Assembly (NCBI GenBank): GCA_951406725.2
Contig: OX597814.1
Span: 218,674,001-218,738,000, forward strand
Direction: 5' to 3'
Source of the DNA: Octopus vulgaris
Lineage: Eukaryota
DNA length: 64,000 bases
In this document: piece after piece, positions 13,451-27,111 of the stretch
Numbering within the stretch: the first letter of the stretch is position 1
How the letters are laid out: each line of letters opens with the position of its first letter
Program-made: the position numbers and the translations under genes
Notes under the pieces: model-generated
Told to the model about the DNA's origin: nothing
What the model saw: only the letters and a program-made list of their open reading frames with translations
The model's database searches: none

Positions 13451-13715
13451 GGGAGAATTCACGAAAAAAACAAAAGACGAAGACAGGTGGTGTACAAAAC
13501 AAACAGATGTATTAGTATAACGCTCGGGAATTGAAAGTCTTTTACGTTTCGAGCCTATGTTCTTCTATAGAAAGGAACACGGAAAGAAACAAGGTGAGAA
13601 AAAAATGTGTGTAGTGGCTACCGATCTATACATACACCTACCTACATAATACATAATACATAATACATACACACATACATACATACATACATACATACAT
13701 ACATACATACATACA

Positions 13716-13747
<32 letters not shown>

Positions 13748-14133
13748 CCTACCTACCTACCTACCTACCTACCTACCTACCTACCAACCTACCTACCTAC
13801 ATAGATACATACAAACGTACATACATACATACATGGATACATACATACATACATACATACATACATACATACATACATACATACATACATAGATACATAC
13901 ATACAAACATACATACATACATACATAGATAGATACATACATACATACATACATACATACATACATACATACATACATACATACATACATACATACATAC
14001 ATACATACATACATACATACATACATAGATACATACATACAAACATACATACATACATACATACATACATACATACATACATACATACATGGATACATAC
14101 ATACATACATACATACATACATACATACATACA

Positions 14134-14161
<28 letters not shown>
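13232..14161. repeat. (ATAC)n/(CTAC)n microsatellite cluster with an inserted pLTR-like fragment
   Basis: Direct reading. Confidence 0.95.
13450..13625 (-). mobile_element. Penelope-like pseudo-LTR fragment with degenerate hammerhead-like motif
   Basis: Homologous to 59640-59800; minus strand CTTTCTATAGAAGAACATAGGCTCGAAACGTAAAAG. Confidence 0.55.
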
Positions 14162-14164
<3 letters not shown>

Positions 14165-14624
14165 CACTAATATGTAAATATATTTCACATGTATTTCCAT
14201 AAACATACACTTAGCCCGACTCCGAACAAATAATTATGAGCGAGACAAAGTCTGAACATGTATAATGGTAATCAGACGTGTATAAAATAACAGGAAATAA
14301 GAATAATAATATCTGCATGGATATAGAAACCAGATATTACATAAATAAAGATATTCTGGCAATATCTTTTGTTGTAAGATACATCTGCAGTATCTTTAAC
14401 TGTATAGAATTACTGTACGGTTATGCTTTTGAATATCATACATAACAATAATAATAAAAAATAGACTGCAGTAACGCAAGATCTTTTTTGCATTGTTAAA
14501 AATCCAGCTTTTTCAAAATATTTGACAGAACGCAAAATCTTAATGTTTTTAAAGAGGGAAAAGAAATGAGACGTCTTGACGTTTATACTTTCTCAAAAGG
14601 AATTAGCAATGTAAGAGGAGTAAC

Positions 14625-14804
14625 AAGAAGAGAGAGGAAGGGAGAGAAAGATAGAGAGAGAGACAGAGAGAGACTGAGACAGAGAGAGACTGAGAGAGAT
14701 GGGGAGAATGAAGGAAGGGAACAGAGAAACAGAAAGGGAAAAATAAGGAAGGAGACAGAGAGGTAGAAAGAGAGAGTGAGAAAGAGAGAGAGAAAGAGAG
14801 AGGG

Positions 14805-14836
<32 letters not shown>

Positions 14837-14950
14837 GACAGAGAGAGACTGAGAGAGATGGGGAGAATGAAGGAAAGGGACAGAGAAACAGAAAGGGAAA
14901 AATAAGGAAGGAGACAGAGAGGCAGAAAGAGAGAGAGAAAGAGAGAGGGA

Positions 14951-14990
<40 letters not shown>

Positions 14991-15242
14991 CTGAGAGAGA
15001 TGGGGAGAATGAAGGAAGGGGACAGAGAAACAGTAAGGGAAAAATAAGGAAGGAGACAGAGAGGAAGAAAGAGAGAGAGAAAGAGAGAGAGAGACAGAGA
15101 GAGACTGAGACAGAGAGAGAGAGACAGAGACAGAGAGAGACTGAGAGAGATGGGGAGAATGAAGGAAGGGGACAGAGAAACAGAAAGGGAAAAATAAGGA
15201 AGGAGACAGAGAGGCAGAAAGAGAGAGAGAAAGAGAGAGGGA

Positions 15243-15279
<37 letters not shown>

Positions 15280-15285
15280 AAAGGG
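14625..15285. repeat. Polypurine GA-rich minisatellite, 4 higher-order units
   Basis: Core GAGAGACTGAGAGAGATGGGGAGAATGAAGGAAGGG...AAAATAAGGAAGGAGACAGAGAGG at ~14684, 14844, 14985, 15135. Confidence 0.92.
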
Positions 15286-15707
15286 GGAGGGTGGAACCTA
15301 CCACTGATGTTTGGAACCAATTTTTCTAAAATCTCGGTTATTTACGAACAGCATCTAAAGAATAACTTACTACTTTTTCCTTTGCTACGCAATGTTAGTG
15401 AAGGTCCCTGGTTTGGTGGCTTGTTTGTTAGCCTCCCGAATATTAGGCTGTAGGCCCCACTTCTAGAGGCGGTGGTACGCCGCGTCCTTGAGCACAGCAG
15501 GGTTTTTTCTGTGTTTTTCTTCTTACGTCTTCCAGTCTAATCAGCTGAAATGAGAACCCCTTGAGGGCTGCTGGTGTGGTCTTACCCCATTCAACGGCGA
15601 TATTCTCGATGTTATACTGAGCCAAAGGAGGTAGGGCCAGGAGTGTGTATTTGTCTCCTCACAATTGCAATAGGCACACTAAAACGATTATTGAGCGCAT
15701 AGTATAT

Positions 15708-16058
15708 GTGAAGGCGCATGGCTCAGTGGTTAGAGCGTCGAGCTTACGATTGTGAGGTTGTGAGCTCGAATCCCGGACCGGGGTGCGTGTTGTATTCTTG
15801 AGCAAGACACTTTATTTCATGTTGCTCCAGTTCACTCAGCTGTAGAAATGAATTGCAACGTCACTGATGCCAAGCTGTTTCGGCCCCTTTGCCTTTCCCT
15901 TGGATAACACTGGTGCCGTGGAGAGGGGAGGCCGGTATGCATGGGTGACTGCTGGTCTTCCATAAACCACCTTGCCCAGACTTGTGTCTAGGAGGGTAAC
16001 TTTCTAGGTGCAATCCCATGGTCAGTGTCGTGACCGAAGGGGTCCCCCCCCCCCCCCG
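15708..16058 (+). mobile_element. SINE family D (tRNA head plus CORE-like domain)
   Basis: A box TGGCTCAGTGG, B box GAGCTCGAATCCC, CORE-like CTTGAGCAAGACACTTT...CACTCAGCTGT; flanking direct repeat AGTATATGT. A degenerate minus-strand relative lies at ~55280-55450. Confidence 0.85.
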
Positions 16059-16384
16059 AGTATATGTCACCGAGCTAAATTCGCTTGCGAGTGACGGCTG
16101 TTGCCGTTTACTCTATATTTACACTTTCTTTCTACAACTTTCATTATTTTCTGTTTATCGACTGCATAGCAGATATCAGTCAGAGGTTTGCTTATTCATC
16201 TTGTTTTTTTCAAATGTGTGTTTATGCCTCACGAGATGTCTGAGAGCATACTGGCATTAAGACTAATAGTTATGGGATTTTTGTTTAGGAGCAGTGGTGT
16301 ATTGGTTAATGTTACTAAGCAATTCATTCATATTTTAATAATACGGCCTTTTTGTTAAAATAAAAGTGTAATAATAATAATAAT

Positions 16385-16556
16385 CCCTTCTACTAAAGGC
16401 ACAAGGCCTGAAATTTGGGGGACCCCAGTGTCTCATTGACCCCGAAAGAATAAAATGCAAAGTCGACCTCGGTGGAATTTGAACTCAGAACGTAATGACG
16501 GACGAAATACTGCTAAGCATTTTGCCTGGCGTGCTAACGATTCTGCCAGATCGCCA
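16385..16556 (-). mobile_element. SINE family C
   Basis: Minus strand GGCGATCTGGCAGAATCGTTAGCACGCC...GAGTTCAAATTCC...GTCGACTTTGC. Confidence 0.85.
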
Positions 16557-16564
16557 TCTTCATC

Positions 16565-17357
16565 CTCAATACAGATACAGAGGACCGGTGGATATGGATG
16601 AGGTGGGGTGACCTGAAGATAGAGACAAAAGCACTCATATGCGCAGCTCAAGAACAAGCATTAAGGATCATCTATATGAAGTGCAGAATAGACAACACTA
16701 CCGATAGCGACAAATGAAGAATGTGCGGTGAGAGGGGTGAAACGGTATCGTACATCGTTAACGAATGCCCGAAATTGGCGCAACGGAAATACAAAAGTCG
16801 CCATGACAATGTGGCAAGAATGATCCATTGGGAACTCTGTGGAAAGTACGGTCTACAAAGAGCAAGCTCCAGAAGGAGTCACCGAAAATGAGAAGTGCAA
16901 AATCTTGTGGGGTGCAATGATCCAGCGCGATCACCCGACCAGAGATCGGAAACCGGACATTGTTGTGGTGAATAAAAAAGAAAGAACATGTATGATAATC
17001 GACATAGCATGCCCCGGTGACAACAGGATCAATGTGAAAGAAGAAGAAAAAGCGAAACAACTATGGCGATTTGAAGTGGGGAAATACGAAGGTTGTGGTA
17101 AATGAAGAGAGTAGACGTGATACTAATAGTAATTGGTGCACTTGGAAGTATCAGCACTCAACTACCAACATGGCTAAAAAAAGATTGATGCAAGTGTGAA
17201 GGTAGAACACCTACAGAAATCAGCATTGCATGGAACTGCAAGAATTCTTCACAGGGTTCTTGAAGCATGACCAGTAAACAAGTGTCACCCTAGTCTGCTG
17301 GCTGTGGACAGCTGATACTTTCCATCATAGCCAGCAAAATAAGCTGTGAGTTTTCAT

Positions 17358-17421
<64 letters not shown>
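16565..17421 (+). mobile_element. R4/Dong-like RLE LINE 3' fragment with (TAA)n tail
   Basis: Manual reading AAQEQAL, MCGERGETV..IVNEC, RHDNVARMIHW; track ORF 16839..17105 KPDIVVVNKKERTCMIIDIACP (PD..D RLE motif); ends in a TAA array. Confidence 0.88.
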
Positions 17422-17424
<3 letters not shown>

Positions 17425-17428
17425 TAGC

Positions 17429-17959
17429 GAGAGCACTCAGAGAGCGCAAACCTCCGCCAAGGCAACATCAACGTCTTCTCAACGATTAGCCAGAGATGAT
17501 TTTTAAAATGAGAATATCTGAAATAAACTCGACTGCTCTCACAAACGAGAATACTAAAAATGAACCCCGACCACTCTCAAATATTAAGTAAAAGAAAACA
17601 GGAAAAATAATCCAGAATCCTTGTTCGGTGCCGGATCGATCCCACAATCTAATCAGTTCGTGCCAGTTACGAGACCAAACATCCCTGAAAGTTTCATCCG
17701 AATCTATCCAGCGTTTTTTGAGATATCTTGACCACGGACAAACAAACAAACAAACACGACTGAAAACATTCTGGATTATTTTTCCGGTTTTTTTCTTTTA
17801 CTTAATATTTGAGAGCAGTCGAGGTTCATTTTTAGTATTGTCATTTGTGAGAGCCATCGAATTTATTTCAGATATTCTCATTTTAAAAATCATCTCCGGC
17901 TAATCGTTGAGAAGACGTTGATGTTGCCTTGGTGGAGGTTTGCGCTGAGTGCTCTTGTT
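17429..17959. mobile_element. Helentron/HINE-like element arranged as a foldback with ~190-bp inverted arms
   Basis: Arm 17429-17618 is the imperfect reverse complement of 17768-17959; contains CCTCCGCCAAGG subterminal motif, AAAGTTTCATCCGAATC core and (CAAA)n. Confidence 0.7.
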
Positions 17960-18960
17960 ATCAGGTCTGTAAGACTGGCAGAGATGACAACGCGCTGAGC
18001 AATAATTAATCAGTTATTGATTACTGACTGACAGTCTGCTTTGACATTGCATTGTATTGCATCGGTGGTCTGCATTAAATATTTACTATATTTAGTTCAA
18101 CAGCCTACAACCATGTGTGTGGGTGTGTGTACAAATTATAACCTGCAATAGAAATTTATTCTGGGTTAATGGGTCACCAGCTGATCGGGCTAAACCGGTA
18201 CCCAAATAACATAGTTGGCAAAGACGACGGCAACGAAAGGGCTTTTCGCTTAGTACATACGGTTGGGATGTTAATAGTCCGTCTTACATATTGCGATAGA
18301 GTTCTGAAGTACATTGTTGTAAATGATCCAGAACGTATCAATGTGTATGAAAGTCTTCTCCATAGTTGATGTCGACTGCATTGAAGCTTTCTGGATTTAG
18401 CAAGCGAACCGGTGGACGAAGGATTTCGGTCAATGGAATTCCAAGATTCATAATTACTTGCATACACTTTTTGACCTTTGTGCTCCAGTCCGGTTTATTA
18501 AGTTTCTTTTTACTTGCCAATTACCAGAAGAGACTATACGGCAAAAGGATTATTATTTAAATAAATCAATAAATTAATTCTGTTCACGAAGACATTTCAG
18601 ATGTTAAGCAATTGTAGAGTTAAATGGCAAACTCAGTGGCAAATAGGGAAAGCGAGGGAGAGAAAGAGAGAGAACGAGGAGGAGAGAGAGGAAGAAGAGA
18701 GAGAGTGAAGAGGAGAGAGAGGAAGAGAGAGAGAGAGGAAGAGAGAGAGAGCATTTGTCTCTCAAACGGAAGATCGTGGTTTCAGTTCTAGATGAAGTCT
18801 GCATCAACTTCGTAGCAGTTAAAACCACGATCTCTCTCTAATCTTTGATAGCGATCGATAAAACACGCACCAGTAACCTACCGCTTTTGATTTAATAGAC
18901 TTCATCAACTTCCGCTTCGAAAAATCAGACTAGTAAAGTTGTAAACTACTTTGTTAGTTA

Positions 18961-19357
18961 CTAGCAGTATCGCCCGGCGTTGCTCGGGTTTGTAAGGGAA
19001 ATAACTATATAAGCATGTTTAGAGATGTAAAGTATAATAGCCATCTCAATATGGCTAACCACAAAGAGGTGGGTGTTACTGTAGCTTTTTACGTTCTGAG
19101 ATTTAATAATAAATTTTTAGAGAGTTACTTCCCGTATATATGCCAAAAATGCATTAAAAATGGGAAAAATTGATGGTAAATTTTTTTTTAAATCGTAGAC
19201 TCATCGTAGACACGCACTAATACCCAGAAGGGCTCGATATGAATCACGACTATAAGATACCCGGTTTTGGTTAAACTGCACCGCAAAATGTGGGAGTAGT
19301 TTGGAATCTAAATCGTAGGAGACAGACAGCACACAACCTCTCTTTTATATATAAAGA
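18961..19357 (-). mobile_element. Non-autonomous Helitron (family H2)
   Basis: Same termini as 6864-7353 (TC...hairpin...CTAG, A|T target) with a different internal arrangement. Confidence 0.88.
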
Positions 19358-20081
19358 TTAGCACCCTCTTTGGTATGGCATGGGCAGACATGTACGGTAA
19401 ATAAGCATTTGAATCTCTTTCAAAGTGTGTATGGAAAATACAATATTTGACGTCATTAAAATTTAATGCTTATAAACATTTCGGATTAAGCACAAAGCCT
19501 GCGAGACTGGAACTTTACTTTATTGATTTCGGCGGTATGAAATTTAATGTTGATCTCGGCACTTTTTCCCGTTGCTCTAACGATTCTTCCAGTTCACTAC
19601 TTTATTCAATGGTTATAATGGTTTCTAATTTAAGCACATGCCCAGGAATTTTGACGGGATGAGTTTAGTCGATATCATCGACCCCCAGTATTAACTGATG
19701 CTGTGGTTTTTATCAACCCCTAAACGATGAAAGGAAAAATTTGCCAACTCAGCAGGCAGAGAGCCGGAAGAAATGCTGCGAGGCGTTCTTCCGGCGCTTC
19801 AAGTGCTAATTAGAAAAGGTTTTGGTTGTGGTTGTTCTCTTCCTCGCAATAACTGAATAAAAAAGCCAGCATGAGAGCATGTACGTTGTCGCTTTATATG
19901 CTAGAAATAGCAGTCAAATCACATGCAAAATACACTGTAATATGTAAAAGAAAGAAAGAAAAAGAAAGAAAACAAAAAGAAAGAAAAAAGAACGCTTTCG
20001 ATTATGAATTTCTAAGAGATGAGTCGATGTGATCGCAGTGAGCCTGAGTGAAGCCGAACGAGGGTGCTGATCTCGGCGGTA

Positions 20082-20168
20082 ATCTTAGATCATAAGCCAG
20101 CTGATCTTAGATCATAAGCCAGCTGATCTTAGATCATAAGCCAGCTGATCTTAGATCATAAGCCAGCT
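20082..20168. repeat. 22-bp tandem repeat x4
   Basis: ATCTTAGATCATAAGCCAGCTG repeated without spacers. Confidence 0.95.
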
Positions 20169-20371
20169 TGATCAAGATGATCTGAAGCAAAGCACAACTA
20201 AGTCATTCATTTCTGCACAAAAATGGTTCACATCATTTATTGACTCCATAGACAAATGATTTTGCATATCAAGAAAAAGTTCCCACATGAACACAAATAT
20301 AATGTAGTATTGCTTTGTTTTATTTATTTATTTATTTATTTTTAGTCCATTCTCATTATTTTGCAAGTCAA

Positions 20372-21375
20372 AGGTGGCGAGCTGGCAGAGTCGTTAGCAC
20401 GCCAGACGAAATGCTTAGCAGTATATCGTCTGCCGCTACATTCTGAGTTCAAATTCTGCCGAGGTCGACTTTGCCTTTCATCCTTTCGGGGTCGATAAAT
20501 TAAGTACCAGTTACGCACTAGGGTCAATGTAATCGACTTAATCCGTTTGTCTGTCCTTGTTTGTCCTCTCTGTGTTTAGCCCCCTGTGGGTTGTAAAGAA
20601 ATAGGTATTTCGTCTGCCGCTACGTTCTGAGTTCAAAATCCGCCGGCCGAGGTCGACTTTGCCTTTCATCCTTTCGGGGTCGATTAAATAAGTACCAGTT
20701 ACGCACTGGGGTCGATGTAATCGACTTAATCCGTTTGTTTGTCCCCTCTATGTTTAGCCCCTTGTTGGGCAATAAAGAAATAAGAAACGTGAGCTCACCG
20801 GGCAAAATGCTTAGCTGTGTTTCGTCTGTCTTTACGTTCTGAGTTAAAATTCCGTCGATGTCGACTTTGCCTTTCATCCTTTCGGGGTCGATACATTAAG
20901 TACCAGTTGCGTACTAGGGTCGATCTAATTGACTAGCCCCCAACTCCCCAAAAAGTCGGGCCTTGTGCCTAGAGTAGAAAAGAATCGTTAGCACGCCTGG
21001 CAAAATGCTTTGCTGTATTTTGTCCGTCTTCATGTTCTGAGTACAAATTCCGCCGAGGTCGACTTTGCCTTTCATCCTTTTGGGATTGATTAAATAAGTA
21101 CCAGTTGCGTACTGAGGTCGATCTAATCGACTGGACCCCCTCACCCCAAATTTCAGGCCTTGTGCCTATAGTAGAAATATACATAAAGAGGTGGCAAGCT
21201 GGCAGAAACATTAGCATGCCGGGCAAAATGCTTAGCAGAATTTCGTCCGTCTTTACATTCTAAGTTCAAATTTCGCCGAGGTCGACTTTGCCTCTCATCC
21301 CTTTCGGGGTCGATAAAATAAGTACCAGTTGAGAACTAGGGTCGAGCTTGCAGGCCTTGTTCCAAAATTTGAAAC
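20372..21375 (+). mobile_element. Head-to-tail multimer of SINE family C (about 5 units)
   Basis: Repeated GAGTTCAAATTC..GAGGTCGACTTTGCCTTTCATCCTTTCGGGGTCGAT..AAGTACCAG; this core resembles the Meta/MESC SINE domain (from recall). Confidence 0.9.
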
Positions 21376-21951
21376 CAAAATGCATTAAGAGTAGGGGCTG
21401 TATGGCTGAATATAAGTTCAGTATAACCGAATGGCTAAGAAGTTCACTTTACAACTACGGGACCTCTGGTTTAATTCCACTGCGTGGCATCTTGAGCAGA
21501 TGTCATTTTCTGAAGCTTCAGGTTGACTCAAACATTGTGAATAAAAGAGAGTGAACGGAAACTGCATGGAAGCCCACCCGATGGACTGTATTTGTAATTA
21601 AAAAAGCTGCAGCCTCGTCTCACTTTCCGTCACTCTAATTCTACTTGAAAATTACGTTAAGGGAACACGAGTCTCTGGAATGTTGAACCACTTACACGTT
21701 AATTCAGGAGCAGGTAATTCGGTTAACCGAACAACAATCAACGGACGCGCAACATCGCCACCAACACCAACACCAACACCACCAGCACCAGCACCAGTAG
21801 CAGCAGCAGTACCACCACCACCACCACCACCATCAGATGTGAAGAGAATTTCAGTGAATAAACTGATACACCCCTAATCTCCCAAGCATTTATCCGATAA
21901 ACGAAATACGTGACACCAATAGTGTTTATAGTGACACATATGCAAACGCTT

Positions 21952-22350
<399 letters not shown>

Positions 22351-23308
22351 ACTCGTGCATACGAGTGTTTGTATGCATTTATGTATGTATGCATGTATTT
22401 ATGTCTGTATGATGCTTCGTGATTATAGTTTTTCAAATTGATAGTTTTACTTCTATCTTAGCAACCTTTTCACTAAGAAGAAAGTTGAGTTTTTAAATTC
22501 ACGCGTTTTCGTAAGAGCGAACTTACAGACCGTACCGTATCCTGAAATTAGCGGTCATACTCTACAGATTCCGTAAGCGGGATATCACGTAACCTGACAT
22601 AACTATAAGGAGAGAGAGTGTGTCTGTGTTTTATGGGAAGTATGTAAGAGAAAAAAACCACTCCCGTAGGCTTCGGAATGAGAATGTAAATGAACGAAAC
22701 TAAATGCAGTCGGACATATTTGTCTCTTATTTGACTATTTTTGTTACAAACAACTGATACAAAATGGCCACTGTCAAAATGACTGAATAAATAAATAATA
22801 CCCGGGCACATCTCTGCTTTGATCTTTGCAGTAATCTAATGTCATAAAATAAACAATGTGAAAAGGAATCTCGCTGCTAAAGGTGAAGTCTCAAAATAAA
22901 GGAAAACAAATGAAACAATGAATGAAAATAGATCTTGATGAATAATTTGATTGGACTTCATCTTGTTTATTCAGTCGTCTGCCATTTGCATTTATTTATT
23001 TATTTATTTATTTGCATGTTGCTATTCACGATAAATGCTTGATTCTTTTGTTCGATGTCGCCTGAATTAGCACAAACTGACTTTTATCATGCTTTTCTGC
23101 TCATTTTTTGCATGCCTGTTAAGCTCATTGTCTCCCTAATTCTCTCTTCCTCTCTCACTCTTTTTACTCGTCTTTGCACTCATCCCTATCCTTCTATGTC
23201 GCCATTTCTTTCGTGTCGTTGACTCTTTCTGTCCGCTTCTGTGAGCCTGCCCTGCTGATCTGTCTGTCGGTCGGTCTCTCTGCCGGTCTGCCTGTCTGTA
23301 GGTCTGTC

Positions 23309-23342
<34 letters not shown>

Positions 23343-23909
23343 GGTCTCTCTTTCTCCCTATCTTTCTCTCTGTATCTCTTCCCCCTCTCTCTCGCTGTCT
23401 TCATCTCCTAATCTGTCTGTCTGACTCTCTCTGTCTCTGTCTCATTTTCTCTCTCTCTCTCTCTCCCTCTCTCATCATTTATGACAATTGCGTCTTGCTC
23501 TTCTCACCAGCGTTTTCCTGTAAAATGTATTGATTTTAATGGTATTTAATAATATTTAATATATAACGTTAACAAAATGATAAAGGTTTTTTTTTAGCAT
23601 AGTCCGTTAATTGTAAGTATTCATCCGAATATTATATTTTTTTCGGTATTTCATAAAGAAATATTGCTACTACAAATTCTCTAAAACATGTTCCGAAATT
23701 CCTTTCGGCCATTAATTGATATCATTTTATTTCAAGGCCACTTTGTCAATCAAGATTATCGCATTTCTATCTCTCAAAGATGGCTGCTAGTCTCTTATTA
23801 TGTACTTCTTTGTGTTTTTGCTACTCTGCGACTCATCTTTTGATATCTCTCACTGGAAATTTTTCAACGAAGAAAATTTCCACAGGAAAATGCTTTTCGA
23901 TGATACATG

Positions 23910-23943
<34 letters not shown>

Positions 23944-24243
23944 GTGACACATATGCAAACACTTGCACACACACACACACACACACACACACGAACGCAC
24001 ACACACACACACACACACACACACGAACGCACGCACGCACACACACACACATCATCATCATCATCATCACCACCTTTCGGGATCGATTAAATAAGTACCA
24101 GTTACGCACTGGGGTCGATGTCATCGACTTAATCCGTTTGTCTGTTCTTGTTTGTCCCCTCTATGTTTAGCCCCTTGTGGGCAATAAAGAAATAAGATAG
24201 ATACAAGTAGATAAATTGATATAGATAAATAGATAGATATAAA

Positions 24244-24364
24244 TGCACACACACACGTATATACGCACACACACGTATATACGCACACACACGTATATAC
24301 GCACACACACGTATATACGCACACACACACGTATATACGCACACACACGTATATACGCACACAC
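24244..24364. repeat. ~20-bp tandem repeat CACACACACGTATATACGCA x5-6
   Basis: Direct reading. Confidence 0.9.
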
Positions 24365-24472
24365 AAAATGAAATAAATGGCGAAAGAATCGAGGCAACGG
24401 ACTTCATTGAATAATTTCCTGTTCCTTCGTCATTTATTTCATTTCATATTACGTTCTGTACACAACTCACAT

Positions 24473-24820
24473 GTGGAGGTGCAATGGCCCAGTGGTTAGG
24501 GCAGCGGTTTCGATTCCCAGATGGGGCGTTGTGAGTGTTTATTGAGTGAAAACACCTAAAAGCTCCACGACGCTCCGGCAGGGGATGGTGGTGATCCCTG
24601 CTGTACTCTTTCACCACAACTTTCTCTCACTCTTACTTCCTGTTTCTGTTGTTCCGGCCTTGTCACTCTCTGTGTCACGCTGAATATCCCCCGAGAACTA
24701 CGTTAAGGGTACACGTGTCTGTGGAGTGCTCAGCCACTTACACGTTAATTTCACGAGCAGGCTTTTCCGTTGATTCGGATCAACCGGAACCCGCGTCGTC
24801 GTAACCGACGGAGTGCTTCC
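24473..24820 (+). mobile_element. SINE family A with two internal deletions
   Basis: Colinear with other copies; TSD ACACAACTCAC. Confidence 0.9.
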
Positions 24821-25062
24821 ACCACCACACAACTCACGCTTTATTCTGTTGTATATGTATATCAAGCCCCTACTCCAGGTTATTAGTATAGCTTTGCCCA
24901 AGGGGTCCAACAGACAACATCATAGCAGTTAGACAATCTCCACGGATGATTTGTTTTGATTTATTTTCAGTGGCGAAGGTTTGTATAGCATCAACCACAT
25001 TTTTGTGTGGAAATGCTGACCGCAGTTGGTGAAAATGTTTGCCACAAATTCTATGAACAATA

Positions 25063-25282
25063 TACTCTCTTTTACTCTTTTACTCTTTTACTTGTTTCAG
25101 TCATTTGACTGCGGCCATGCTGGAGCACCGCCTTTAGTCGAGCAAATCGACCCCGGGACTTATTCTTTGTAAGCCCAGTACTTATCCTATCGGTCTCTTT
25201 TGCCGAACCGCTAAGTAACGGAGACATAAACACACCAGCATCAGTTGTCAAGCGATGTTGGGGAGACAAACACAGACACACA

Positions 25283-25356
<74 letters not shown>

Positions 25357-25504
25357 CGACGGGCTTCTTTCAGTTTCCGTCTACCAAATCCACTCACAAG
25401 GCATTGGTCGGCCCGAGGCTATAGTAGAAGACACCTGCCCAAGATGCCATGCAGTGGGACTGAACCCGGAACCATGCTACTTACCACACAACCACTCCTG
25501 CGCC
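25063..25504 (-). mobile_element. SINE family B
   Basis: Reverse complement of 9700-10141 with a small head deletion. Confidence 0.9.
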
Positions 25505-25509
25505 TTAGG

Positions 25510-26500
25510 TTTTTCTATTAGAGTTCTCCATCTTTTGAGTTAGTTCCTTAAAGTTTTTGAAATAAAAGAGCACATGAGTATGGTGATCGATAGATCAACA
25601 TGGGTTTTAATTCTAAATCGCTAGCAGGATTTCCACCTAATAAAGTGTTGACTATGATTATCCCCTGAGACCAGGATTGTAATCTTCTTTCTTCTACAAA
25701 TGAGTTTTTTTTAGGTATTCGATTTACTGGTCCTGTCTCGTCAATAGTTATAATTTGTTCCTCAACGAGTGCAGGCATTGCTGTGTGGTGAAGAATTTCG
25801 CTTCGCAACCATGTGGTTTCGAGTTCAGTTCCATTGCGTATCTTCTACTATCACCTCAGACCGACTAATACTTTATGAAGGAATTTGGCAGATGGAGACT
25901 GTATGGGAGGTCATCGTATATGTGTGGGAGTGTGTATGTGTGTGTGCGCGCGCGCGCGTGTGTATGTGCGTGGATACGTCAGTGTTTGTCCTTCACCACT
26001 TGACAACCGGTGTTGCTTTATTTACGTCCCCGTAACTAAGCGGTTCGGCGAAAGAAACCGATAGAATAAGCATCAACTTTAAAGGGATTAAGTACTGAGC
26101 CAATTTGTTTTATTAAACTCTTCAATGAAGTGCTCCAACATGACCGCAGTCCAGTAATTATAACAAATAAAAGAATAGAAGAATAACCACCATCTTCGAT
26201 ATTTTTTCCAATTCAAAGGAATTCAAAGGTTGCTGCACTATTTATTTACCCCCCAACTCATTTTGCCATACAAATCTAATGTTTTAGACTCCAGACCGTC
26301 CTTTTAACCTATCGAACGAGCCAGAACTCTCGGAAAATATTTTATCTCTTCCCTCTTGAATTTGTTTTTTTTTTTTTTTTTTTACTCTCCGTTTTCTGTG
26401 GACTTTTGCGAACAGATTGGTAGACTTTAATTTGTTCGTCTGTCGTAACCTTTTGCTTGCTCAAAGCATTTTCATTAAGTTTGTCATAACCGTCAATGCC
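25510..26500 (-). pseudogene. Fossil pogo/Tigger-like DDE transposase, split by an old SINE B copy (25770-26180, +)
   Basis: Track ORF 25548..25808 EQIITIDETG...LLGGNPASDLELKPMLIY matches the pogo pattern (N.DETG; GNAAGD.KLKP..I); upstream SSGSFDRLKGR resembles the CENP-B-type HTH motif ASxGWFxRFKxR. Confidence 0.75.
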
Positions 26501-26730
26501 CGATATCAGCCCTTGTTTCATTCGTTCTGAGTAATATAAAGCTTCCCTTTCATAGGTTCCAAGTTACTCTGGCCGTTGGAGAAAATTGAAAACGTGTCTC
26601 ATATATAATGCACGGACAGTGTGTGTCACATGTGAAACACAGAACAGGCCGAGGGTTAAAGGAATGAGCTTTAACGTTTCTTCCAATCTTATACATTTCC
26701 CGTTCTTCGGCCTTTCATTAATTGTACTTG

Positions 26731-27111
26731 AGGAGGCGCAATGGCCCAGTGGTTAGGGCAGCGGACTCGCGGTCGTAGGATCGCGGTTTCGGTTCCCAGA
26801 CCGGGCGTTGTGAGTGTTTATTGAGCGAAAACACCTAAGCTCCACGAGGCTCCGGCAGGGGATGGTGGCGATCCCTGCTGTACTCTTTCACCACAACTTT
26901 CTCTCAGTCCTACTTCCTGTTTCTGTTGTACCTGTATTTCAAAGGGCCGGCCTTGTCACTCTCTGTGTCACGCTGAATATCCCCGAGAACTACGTTAAGG
27001 GTACACGTGTCTGTGGAGTACTCAGCCACTTACACGTTAATTTCACCAGAAGGCTGTTCCGTTGATCGGATCAACTGGAACCCTCGTCGTCGTAACCGAC
27101 GGAGTGCTTCC
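26731..27111 (+). mobile_element. SINE family A
   Basis: Full length; TSD AATTGTACTTG. Confidence 0.93.

Noticed and set aside
18080-18560. Possible host exon or transposase in non-repetitive sequence
   Set aside because: Short frames with stops and no motif I can recognise; needs BLASTX.
20082-20168. CRISPR-like short repeats (also 43062-43139 and 38.6-39.3 kb)
   Set aside because: No unique spacers, no cas genes, eukaryotic context.
21757-21832. Pro/Ala-rich coding-like stretch
   Set aside because: Degenerate (CCA/GCA)n tail following an old SINE-A-like fragment.
26731-26810. tRNA genes at SINE heads (families A-D)
   Set aside because: A/B boxes are present but acceptor stems do not close, and each continues into a SINE body, often with TSDs.
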